Shown here: piece after piece, positions 12,855 to 23,317 of the stretch
Numbering within the stretch: position 1 is the stretch's first letter
Layout of the letters: each line of letters opens with the position of its first letter
Assembly: GCA_016748015.1 (NCBI GenBank)
Contig: JAAOMT010000430.1
Location: 49,594 to 84,339, forward strand
Length of the DNA stretch: 34,746 nucleotides
DNA from: Geosiphon pyriformis uo1
Taxonomy: Eukaryota; Fungi; Glomeromycota
Direction of reading: 5' to 3'
Notes under the pieces: model-generated
The model's database searches: none
The model's input: the letters and a program-made list of their open reading frames with translations, nothing else
Told to the model about the DNA's origin: nothing
Program-made: the position numbers and the translations under genes

Positions 12855-13050
12855 TATAAATTCCTTACTTTTCCTTTAAAATAATAAAATTGCGACAATA
12901 GCAAATTTAATTGAATAAAATATTTATTCTTCCCAAAAATTTAAAAAATATTAAAAGATATACAATTTGATAAAAATTTAATATTGAAGATTAATTCATG
13001 CTCACTCATGTTTAATTTGGGACCCGATGGCCTCATATAAAAAAAACTAC
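12855..13050 (-). pseudogene. Fragment of the multi-pass membrane family (paralog of about 23965-24180)
   Basis: Colinear identity: tacaatttgataaaaatt...ttcatgctcactcatgtttaatttgggaccc...ctcatataaaaa versus tacagtttaatagaaatc...ttaatgctcgctcacgttgaacttggaaccc...ctcatctaaaaa, including the intron and NFW-E/K exon start. Confidence 0.65.
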
Positions 13051-13159
13051 TATATTTTAAATGTTTAAAAAATTCGTAAAAAACTCGCACGTGTATCAAA
13101 ATTAAAAACCTCAAAATTAAAATTTGCTTTAAAAGATTTAATTTTAAAGCTCTTAATCT

Positions 13160-13313
13160 ATCATTGTTCCAAAGTATGGTGCTGTATGTATAAAATCACC
13201 CGGTATATCATTTATTGACTGGCCAGCATTGCATTCCTTTAAAAATTAAAGTTTTATAAAAAATAAATTTCGGTAATAATAACGACACCAACAACAACAA
13301 CAACAACAATAAT

Positions 13314-13349
<36 letters not shown>

Positions 13350-13810
13350 CATAAACAAAGACTACCTCATTTTCTCCAGACATACCACCATCTAGAGATA
13401 AGTTTAGGGGAAATATCTTACGCTGTTGCCAACTATTTGACCCATAGTCAAATCCTCTACACTCATAGAATAAATCTTTTCGAATATATACCTCTGGTTC
13501 ACATTCCCATGATAGCGAAATCCAAAAATCTGTCTCTGAATGTTCCCAAAGATCATTATTATTGATCTCACGCAGTTGGAAAATGGGAGATGATCGTTAG
13601 AATAGGTGATTCGTACAACATCTAATAGTTTGTTAACCAGTCGGGCAAATCCAACATTACCAACCCTTGGAGCACCAAAGGTAATAACTCGGGTTTTGAT
13701 TTCACTTGTATTAGAATATGAATGGCTAGATAAGAAAATTTGGCCATATTCCCAGCTAGTGAATATTCAAAGTTGCTAATTTGGCGAAAATATATCTTGG
13801 GCACAATCAT
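13160..13810 (-). pseudogene. Class-3 lipase-like (alpha/beta hydrolase) pseudogene, internally deleted
   Basis: NFEYSLAGNMAKFSYLA, then RVITFGAPRVGNVGFARLVNKLLDVVRITYSNDHLP, WEHSETDFWI, and a final exon ECNAGQ...IHTAPYFGTM. Intron about 13240-13365. Confidence 0.8.
13275..13352. repeat. Compound (CAA)n/(AAT)n microsatellite in lipase intron
   Basis: caacaacaacaacaacaacaataattataataataataat... Confidence 0.9.
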
Positions 13811-13849
13811 AAAACACCTCAAGACTTCTTCAGTTGCTTGAATGATCAA

Positions 13850-15900
13850 AGTTCAAAGTGTTCGTTAGCTATATTTTACTCAGCTTTTTTTTAGAACATG
13901 GGATTAGAACTATTCCTAATTCAACAAAAGCCTTTTTAGAATTTCGGTAAACAGCAAATGCAGAAGATGCCTTTGGACAATACTTCTCAAAATCTTGTTA
14001 TGATAATGGAATCGGTACTTCACAAGATCGAGGAAAAGGATTTAAATTCTATTCAAAAGCAGCAGAGATGGATATACAAATACACAATACAATTTTGCAT
14101 TTTGTTATGAATATGGAGAAGGAACGACGAGAAATTTAGAAAAAGCATTTGAACTCTATTCAAAAGCTGCGGAGGCAGGAAGTTTACTTGGGAAAATTGG
14201 TCTTAGAGCATATAATTGAAATCAATTGGAAACAACCAAAGACCAGGAAAAAGTGGGGAATCCGAATCCACAAACCAGTATTGGAACGTATTATCAAAAT
14301 AGATGGGAAATAGTGAAAAATTTAGAAGAAATATTTCAATCTATTTAAAAACAGCAGAGGCGAGAAATGAAAATACACAATATGGCTTTGGATGGTGTTA
14401 TCAAAATAAATAGGGAAATACAAAAAACCTCGAAGAAGCTTTTGAGCTCTATTTAAAAGCAGCGAGAGCAAATAACTTATGTTATCAAAGTGATTTTCCT
14501 GATTTGAATGTCTATAACTTTACTTTAGAGGATCAATCTGGAATATATATTATTTTAAGATTCTAAAATCGAGGCTTTAAATACTCAGATAATTTGAAAT
14601 GGAAATTTTTAGATTTCAAAGCTTTCTTTGATCAGTTTTCAGATGAATTCAAGTGTTTTAAATGTAGTAACTTGGGTATAAGCATTAATGGATCTCTTAT
14701 ATGTCCATTTTGTGATACTGATGAAAGGGAGGATATCTTTTAAAAGCTTGATTGCTGAAATTTCTAGAATGCTATAGACCATTAAAAGATCCATTTTGGT
14801 GTGAATCTTGTGAGTCATCACAATTTTTAAAGATTTGCCAAACATGGAATAGTGGAAATGATAATATATAATATATACACAGTGTAATTCTGTAAACTGT
14901 CAAGGCTATTTGGAATGGATTTCTCCCGATGAGATTATATTTTTAGACCAGTTAGGAGCTGGAGGGTTTGGTATTGTTAAAAAAGTTAGAAGGGGGAGAG
15001 GCAAAATTCTATTTTGGGACAAGAAAAATCAAAAGCATGAACGAACTGGGGTTACAAAAGTTGCATTGAAGTATCTTAAAGATAGCCAAAATATTAATTA
15101 TATTAATTCAAATGAGGTATTTCCTTTCAAGAAATCTATGTGATTTTTATTATCCCTATTACTTTTCTAACACTGAAAACTGTATTTGTATAGTTTATTG
15201 CGCATCATAAAAGGGCCACTTGCAAATACATCCTTGAATGCTATGGAATAACCAAAGATGTTACAACCAATGGATTTGTTATGATTTTACCATTTGTGGA
15301 ACACGAGGACCTCAGAGTTGAACAAAGATATTCTTACTTGGAGCATGATTCTTCGTATTCTTTTTCAAATTGCTGGTGACCTAAGATTTATACACGGATC
15401 AAAATTGGCGCATGGGTAGTTTGTTTCACATCTTCATTGTGCTTATTGCAAATACATCTTTTAATATTATAGAATTGCAAAAGATATTATAACCAATGAA
15501 TTTGTTATAGTTTCACCATTTGTAGAGCACAGGTATCTCAGAGCTTTTCTTAAGATGAATGAAGAAACTTTTACTTGGTATATTCTTCTTTTTATTCTTT
15601 TTCATATGGCTAATGGCTCGGAATTTATAAATGATTCAGAACTAATACATGGGATTTGCATCCTGGAAATATTGTTGTTTTGAAAACAAACCCCTTAAAA
15701 GTAGTTATTTCTGATCTTGAAATTTGTCCTCCTGCTAATTACGCTTCACGGTCTAGCAAAATTCATGGTATTCTTGAGTATCTCGCACCTGAGAATTGTA
15801 AAAGAGCTCCTCAGATAAATTCTCGTGATATATACAGCTTTCTTATTCATTTTCTGTGAAATCATTTCAAGAGAAAGACTTTTGAATAATAAAGATTCTA
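13850..15900 (+). pseudogene. Sel1-repeat + CxxC Cys-rich linker + TKL-type protein kinase pseudogene
   Basis: Sel1 repeats at 13850-14480 (CYDNGIGTSQDRGKGFKFYSKAAE; QYNFAFCYEYGEGTTRNLEKAFELYSKAAEAG); linker CFKC..CPFC..WCESC..TWNSGND at about 14650-14861; kinase LGAGGFGIVKK, VALKYL, intron 15117-15193, LECYGIT, H.DLHPGNI, ISDLE, EYLAPE, DIYSF. Many frameshifts and stops. Confidence 0.85.
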
Positions 15901-16439
15901 TTCACGTGTGTTTTTATTTCGGCAACATAAATTCATATTGTCTTGATTACTGCTGTTCGCGATAACTGTAACTTTTATGAATTTATCCGTGAAAAATACT
16001 TAATTCTGAGGGATACAAAGTGGTAATCATGATATGACAAGATATATAATTTTAATTATTCTCACATATGGTAGACCTTTCATTCAGTATATTTACCAAA
16101 GAAAAAATATTTTTTATTTCAATCATGATATTAATTATTTATGTTTTACCTTTAACTATAAAATAATTTAAAACAAATAAAGAATTGAAAGTCTTATTTT
16201 ATCAGATCATTAGTCAAATTATTTTTTGTTTTTTCATTTTTCTAAAAAATACAATTGAAATTTCTTTTATATTTATCCTGCAAATTTTGGATGGGAAGCA
16301 TCTTGTCAAAATCTCATAATTGATATTAAAAAGTCCTTAGATACACGTTAGGGAATAATAAATATTAATTTCTAAAATTTCAAAGTTTCCTACAAAAAAA
16401 TTAAAACAACTTAATATTCGGAATCATTGTTAAAATAGT

Positions 16440-16890
16440 CATATTCTTGAAAGCCGGAATTGCTTTTGGGGCGATGGAATATGATTTCGATTATTTCACA
16501 ACGGATCATCAAAAACACGAAATGGGAGACGGTCTTTATTCACCTGTGCAATCCGGGTTTGTTTCCACACTTTTTTATAGCCGTTGAGAAACTTATAAAG
16601 GATTCACATCTGAAAAGATTAAAAAGTTTTGAATCGAAAAAGTCAACCAAATTGAAATGCCCACATTTACAGGCTTCGATTATGGAGTTGGTAAATAAGT
16701 TTACTTTAAAGTTTTATTTTTTGTAAACGATGATGATTTACATTGAAAAAAAGTCAGTTTTCGCGGTATTTACTGCGCTCGAATTTAAAAGATCTCGTCC
16801 AGAAGCAACCGTAAATCTCATCACTTTCGGTCAGCCACGAATTGGAAATGATATATTTGTTTACTACACGGAAGATGCCTTATGATCCAA
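16440..16890 (+). pseudogene. Class-3 lipase-like fragment
   Basis: VQSGFVSTLF...TFTGFDYGV, GT donor at 16691, then VFAVFTALEFKRSRPEATVNLITFGQPRIGNDIF; frameshifts and truncation. Confidence 0.75.
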
Positions 16891-17549
16891 TTGGAAAGTT
16901 TTGGTAGGGTAGAAAAATTTTCAAAAAACCATTCTCCAATTTGAACTAATTAATAAATAAATAAAAGGGTTGGTTAGATTATCAACAAAAAATACTTATA
17001 AAATCTTAAAGAATGTTGTAATTTTAATCTTTTTAACTTAATGGTTCTGATTTTTTTACTTGCAACTTTTCAACATTTGTTTACTTCTGATTTTAATTTT
17101 CTTAAGGCTCAAATCTACTTTTCAATTTTTTTAATGCCTTTATCTTGGAAAAACTAAATTTTACTTTGAAAGTATTAACAAGTCTTATTTATTCAGACTT
17201 TTTATGCTAATTGCCAGGGTACTTTTGATAAATTTATAACTATTTATCAAAGTCAATAATGTCAATAGTGTCAAGAGAATATAGATATTTGAACACTGCT
17301 TTGTGAGAAATTCACCAAGATTCCCATGGATTTTTGATTATGTTTTGCTCTTATTTAGAAAATGTAGTATAAAATCTAAAAATAGCAGTTCGCTTGATAA
17401 TACACATCTAAATAAATGACTAATTCGGAAATCTTTTGAAAGAAAATGATTGGTCATTATTTTATCTCAGAACATGATGAATTTAAAAATCAGATAATAA
17501 AATAGGAACCCAACTTATGTTGTTTGAAGAGCATACTGAATTCTTTTAA

Positions 17550-18620
17550 AGATTTTGCCATTATTGTTTCAATATTCATATACTTTGTATTTTACTTTTG
17601 GTCACATTAAAATTCTGAAGGCTGGATAGTTTCTCATAAAGCCCTAAAAATTCAAAATCTCTATAAACAGGATGGAAATCTCACTTTCCTTATAGTGGTC
17701 AATTGGAAAAATCAAAGTTCCTTTCCAATTCAATCGAATCACAAAACGATCTCAATCAGCTTATAAAACTTTAATAGATCCTAAAATAGGGTTTTTAACG
17801 CTTTAAAAAGAATCGGCATACCTTTGCAAGTGATGCCTATTGCGATTTAGGAAGTCGGCGTATAAACGGTTTGATCCTTTTAGAATAAAACAATTGATTT
17901 ATGTCAACTTCATATCAAATATTATTTTTTGTAACTTTTCACTCTTTAGTCAAATACAACTTTATCACAAGTAGAAGCCTTAATGCAGCGTTAGTTGTGT
18001 ACTTTCGCAGGACCAGTAATTATTTGTCATTTTTGAAATAGTATGTTAGAATCAAATTCACTAAATTAAAATTTATTTATTTATTTCTTAGAAAAATTTC
18101 CTGGCGCGATGAGATTGATAGACAAATTGTATTTCAAGTGAAAAACTTCCCAACATATGATGATATTCATGTTAATAAGCCAGTCATGGAACTTATCGAC
18201 TCTGTCTTTCCCAGTATTTTAAAAAATATACGGAAATATTTAGAAAAAAAACCCTCGAATACGACACAAATTTTGTTCACTGGGCATGCTATTGGTGGAG
18301 ATTCGGCAAACTAGGAATTTTTTTTAGTTTCGATAGTAAAAACCTGAAATAGATATGAATGGAATTGGACAACATGTTATAACATTTGGAGCTCCAAGAA
18401 TTGGAAATGAACAATTCAGTAGATTTGCAAATATTTTAATTACGCATCATCGCATAACCCATGGAAATGACCATGTCCCACACTCTCCTTTGGCTAAATT
18501 GGGGTGGAATAATTTTGGGATTGAAATCTGGACTTGAGCCATTAGAAAATTGTAATTGTCCCGATGATGACGATGATGATTATGATGTTAATTTTCATCC
18601 ATATTCCTATTGGGATTTGA
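17550..18620 (+). pseudogene. Class-3 lipase-like pseudogene
   Basis: FASDAYCD (about 17822-17850), ALVVYFR, ILFTGHAIGG (18270-18299), VITFGAPRIGNEQFSRFANILITHHRITHGNDHVPHSP...WNNFGIEIW; several introns, stops and frameshifts. Confidence 0.85.
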
Positions 18621-19054
18621 CTATTCATACTTTTTGACCCATTTTTGCATTTAGAACATGCAATCTTTTCGCTGTCAGTCTTTTTATCAATCATTAAAAG
18701 CTTGTTCCTTGGCTTTGATTTTTTGGTTTTTTGCTATGTGAATAGTTTTGAAAGCTATATTTCTATTTTCGGTCAGTTGGATAGTTAGTAAATTTAATAT
18801 ATTTATAGTTTAATTTCTGATTTAGGTTTGATTCTTTGATAATTTACCATTAATTATTCAAAATTTGCCAGTGAAAAAGTATTATTTCTTATTAATTATT
18901 ATGTATGCTACCAGTCCAGTGTTGAAAAGAAAAAAAATATTACGAGAAAAAGAATACTGATAAAAGAAATATGAACATATTAATTATCTTTGATTTTTTA
19001 TAGAACGCTTTGAATTTTTATTTTTCAAACAAATGAATAAGTCTTCAGGTTTTT

Positions 19055-19150
19055 TCTGATTGTGCTCAAGATATTATTTCACCAGGTTAGCAACTTTTGA
19101 TTATTCACTAGCTGAAAAAATGGCCAAATTTTCTTTGACGACAATCAATG
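19055..19150 (+). pseudogene. N-terminal fragment of the same lipase-like family
   Basis: attattcactagctgaaaaaatggccaaattttct (YSLAEKMAKFS) matches the reverse complement of about 13733-13767 (YSLAGNMAKFS). Confidence 0.6.
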
Positions 19151-19689
19151 CTCCATCAAAGCCAGTCGAGGAGGTGAAGTTGCGTTTTCAATTGATGAAG
19201 TTGAAGACATGATTTTCAAGCAATACAAATTGATTATGAAAACTTTGAATATTTCATATAGATAAAAAAAGCATTTTAAAGAGTTCATTTTGCTAATAAA
19301 TAAAAATTTTAACCTAAAAATAGACGCTTATTTCATTCTTTTATTGACTTTCTTAAACGGGTAAAGATCTTCTGAAACTCAAGGCGGTTTCAAATAGATT
19401 TTTTTGGAATGTTCAATAGTTTATTGATAGATTTCTTTGCATAATCTAGTTCTAAGGTTCCGGATAGGCCTAGCAACTTCTTTAATAGCAGCTTTCGCTT
19501 GCGTAAAGTTTTTTATCTTAGATTTTAGTGAGTTGATACAACCAATTTAATCTATATGTTTTAAGCGTCTTTTACCTCAATTATTAAATGAATATTAATG
19601 TTAATACATATGCGTATCTACTAATCAACATATCCAGAATTTCAACCCACTTGGCAAATATTTTTATTACTAGAATTATGCATAGCCAA

Positions 19690-19915
19690 TTTTATACTGA
19701 ATTCTTTAAAATCACTTATCTATGATTAGAAAAATTCTAGGAAATAAATGACAGTTTCAGTAAGATAATGATCCAAAACATAAAAGTCGGATTGCTCAAG
19801 AATTTTTTGCCGAACATATGCCTGATGTCATAGATTGGCCAGCTCACAGCCCAGATTTAAATCCTAGTGAAAACTTATGGGCTATTGCTAAAGGTAATGT
19901 AGAAAGACAAATCTC
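19690..19915 (+). mobile_element. Tc1-family transposase remnant (second D to E region)
   Basis: FQ*DNDPKHKSRIAQEFFAEHMPDVIDWPAHSPDLNPSENLWAIAKGNVER; no TIRs seen. Confidence 0.85.
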
Positions 19916-20296
19916 GAGCAATCAATCAAGTTAATCAGATCAATAAAAAGGCAGTGCAAATTCGCGATCGAAGCTAATGGTGTTATCGCAAACATTAAGT
20001 CTGTTTTTTTTTTAAAAAAAATAATTAATGAAAAGTGATTTCCAATCATATAAGTGAGGTATATGCATTGTGTTTGGAATGCGTAACGACGTTTTGCTCC
20101 TGTATTTTGCCCCAAAAATACGCGTTTTCCAGCTATTATCTTCCCAACACCCTTTTTTTTGCTTCTAAAAAACTTGCCTATGTGGCTTTTCACATACACT
20201 TCCACTGTAGTACGATTCATTGTTGGGACTGGGCCTGACAACTACCAAAGATTGTTATGCATATAGCTCTTATTGAGTAACACCTTCTTTGCATTC

Positions 20297-20609
20297 CTCT
20301 TTGGTTTACTGCAAACCGTTCACACAGTCTAATGCCTTAAAAGACTTTATGAGTTATTAAGAAATTGGAATGTAATATACCAAATTCGTAAAGAAGACAT
20401 ATGTAACATCTCTACTTATAGTCTTTCAATAAAATTGTAGAGGTTAAATATTCTTATAAATCTCCTGTTGTGTTTCTCTTTGGTTTGCTGCAACCCATGC
20501 ATACAGTCTGATGCATTAAAACCCTTTATGAGTTATTAAGAAATTGGAATGTAATACATGTAACAGCTCTACTTATAGTCTTTCAATAAAAGTTGTAGAG
20601 GCTAGATAT
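20297..20609. repeat. Tandem duplication (period ~179 bp) upstream of the small secreted peptide gene
   Basis: ctctttggttt.ctgcaa...acagtct.atgc.ttaaaa...tttatgagttattaagaaattggaatgtaata...atgtaaca.ctctacttatagtctttcaataaaa.ttgtagagg.ta.atat at 20297-20451 and 20476-20609; the second copy lacks ~22 bp. Confidence 0.92.
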
Positions 20610-20748
20610 GCTTGATCTCGTCTCCTTAAAATTTATAATCATGTATCAATAAATTTAATTTGATAATGTTGAAAATTTTATTTTGAAAAGTAAAACTCAT
20701 AAATTTATTAAATCCATTTCAAGCTGAAATCAAACGAGAAAAATCTTC

Positions 20749-20756
20749 TATAAAAG
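20749..20756 (+). promoter_or_regulatory. TATA box (TATAAAAG) of the small secreted peptide gene
   Basis: TATAAAAGA 139 bp upstream of ATG 20888; same motif as at 565; start context caaaATG. Confidence 0.6.
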
Positions 20757-20887
20757 AAGGTTGAAGGCTCACTAAAAAGAAAGTACCTTTGAAACCAATC
20801 AATTAAATCACCAAATATTTCTTTAATATATTCAAATTTCCAATAAATAACTTTTTTGCTTTTCCTACCAATTTTAATTTTTCCAAA

Positions 20888-21148
20888 ATGTTTAACTTAC
20901 GATTTACTCGTGCATCTATTATTTTTTTGGTGGCAACAATTCTTCTCACACATCTCTTCGTCTCGGCTCTACCGGCTCCAATTACCGCGAAGAGGAACCC
21001 TAATGGCTTGCTTAGTGATCTTACTAATAGTAATGTTGGAAGTATTGCTAATAGTAGTATCGGAAGTCTTACTAACAGTAATGTCGGGAGTATTGCTAAC
21101 ACCGGGAATGGTAATACTATCGGGACTGGCAACACAGTTACTCTTTAG
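20888..21148 (+). CDS. Small secreted protein: signal peptide + pro-region + Kex2 (KR) site + 50-aa Asn/Ser/Gly/Thr octad-repeat peptide
   Basis: MFNLRFTRASIIFLVATILLTHLFVSA|LPAPITAKR|NPNGLLSD-LTNSNVGS-IANSSIGS-LTNSNVGS-IANTGNGN-TIGTGNTVTL*. Intact single exon. The 48-nt repeat (21020 and 21068) differs only at synonymous positions over LTNSNVGSIAN. Confidence 0.85.
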   Translation: MFNLRFTRASIIFLVATILLTHLFVSALPAPITAKRNPNGLLSDLTNSNVGSIANSSIGSLTNSNVGSIANTGNGNTIGTGNTVTL

Positions 21149-23063
21149 TGGATGATAATCCTAAGTGCGGGGTTTCAATCTCAAAATGGTTACTGAAATA
21201 GTCATTATTTTTATAAACAACTTATTTACACATCTTTTGTAATTTCATTTCATCTTTAAAGTAGGGAATTGTTTTCAACCATGGTTAAATTATTAGTTGC
21301 TCAAAAGACTTGTTAGCTATAATTACAAAGTTCATAAAAAAACCTTATTTAACAGTTAAATTTTTTCAAAAAACAACATGAGACACAAATTTATTAATAT
21401 AAAAATTACTTTTATTATTAAAATTGATGATTTAGTTTTTTGTAGAGGGAAAATTTAATCAAGAGTTTTTTCTTACGAAATTTCACTGTTAAAGAGCTTT
21501 ATTGAATATGTAACTATTAATCTCATCACAATTTGAGCAGTTTGTAATTAATATATAAAGCTAATGTTTTTACAACAATAAATCCGAAAGGAATTTTGTT
21601 TTTTTGTCTAAAAATGCATAGGTTATAAAATAAAAACTGATATATTATTAATTCAGTACAAAAAAATCGGGTTTTATTTATTTGACCTTTTTTTTGAATT
21701 CGGTTATTACATAATATTTTTTTAAAAAATAAGCTAAAAACTAACAATAAAAAAAACCCATTATAAACATGCGCTGTTATGAACTTTCTAATTGATTAAA
21801 TAATTTTTGTAAAATGGTTTCAAGGATTCATTTCTTGACTGGCAACATCCTAATTGCATGAATAAACAATTTTAATAAAAATCAAGTAAACTAGGTTGAA
21901 TCAATTTTGAACTGACTTAATTCTCGAGTGAAGCGATTGAAACAAAAAATTCGTTCTATTTTGCGTAGAAATTTTTTTATAAAAAACAATTTTATGTTTT
22001 GCATTATAATTGTAAATATGATAATAAAATATTACAATATATACTTATTTACTTAAAAATTACTCGTTAATTAAATTGTAATTATGAATATCTAAAAAAT
22101 TTTGTTTGAAATTATTTTATTTTAATAGTATTATTTTTTCTAAACATATATGTATTGTTTAAAATAATTTTAAAAAAATCTATAAGGTATTTAAAGTAAA
22201 ATATTTTTAAATCAAACCATATTTTTTATTTTTTTAAATTTTATGTTATAAATTTTTAAGAATAGTTACTTGAGTGTTTTAGTTAAATATATTAAATTTC
22301 AAGTATTATAATTTTTGACTTATTCAAAAAACCATTTTTATATATATTATAAAATAAAATTGTATTAATTTTTTTATTATTGATGTTTTCATTACAATTT
22401 TTTTGTTAAACATTTAATTTACTTAAACCAAACCCATTTCAAGATCTTGTCTTCTCATGATAATTGCTTAAAAAAATGAGTATAAATTTTTTGAATCACA
22501 ATAAATGTTTTTTTAAACTAATTTAGAAATAAATTTAACGAGATAATTTCTAATATCTCGAATTAAGATTTTTTTAATTAAAGAAGCTATGACTTGAAAA
22601 GTTCTGACAAAGAAAAATGTATTAAAGATTGAAATTAATCTAAACTTAAAATTATAAGCCCAAACTAAAAATAAACATAATAGAAATTATATTTATTATG
22701 TGACAAAGTAATTATCAATTGCCAAGGTTAAAAAAAACTATTTATATTTTCCTATTATAATTGCTATTTTCAATTCATAATGAAAACCAATAGCCCCCAT
22801 TCTTTGAGGGCTCGAAAGTGTTAATCGCAATTAGATCTTATAAAAGAAAATGGATAGCACACATCTATAAATTTAAACAATTTCAATTTTTAATTAACAA
22901 ATTTATATTTATAGTATATATCTATAATCTAAATTATATAGAAAATAAGCTGCGTCTTTTTTTTATATTTCTGTTTTCTTTTCACTATAATTATTGTTAA
23001 ATTCAAAGCTAAAATTATTAAACAAAGAAAATCATTGCACTCATAATAACAATTTCAAAAAGT

Positions 23064-23279
23064 TTAATTTAAACCAGTATTTATCAAGTCAAATTCATTC
23101 GTTTCCTCGCGTTCAACTCGTGAAAAAGTAGTTTGATCACGGAACCAAATCAAAGCACTATAAAACCGAATAATAATATTAATTGTTAAGATAACTGAGC
23201 TCATAATGAGACTCATTATAGGAATAATTTCGTATGCAATGGTGTTTTGCTGGTACATGACCTATTTGAAATAATAGTG

Positions 23280-23317
<38 letters not shown>

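Noticed and set aside
14639-14845. 68-aa minus-strand ORF
   Set aside because: Antisense to the Cys-rich linker of the Sel1-kinase pseudogene.
19888-20241. 117-aa (-) and 67-aa (+) ORFs
   Set aside because: No recognisable motif; overlaps a Tc1 remnant; probably TE or pseudogene debris.
20803-21155. Overlapping ORFs 20803-21135 (-) and 20856-21155 (+) with Leu-rich repeats
   Set aside because: Antisense and frameshifted shadows of 20888-21148, whose frame carries the synonymous-only changes, signal peptide and KR site.
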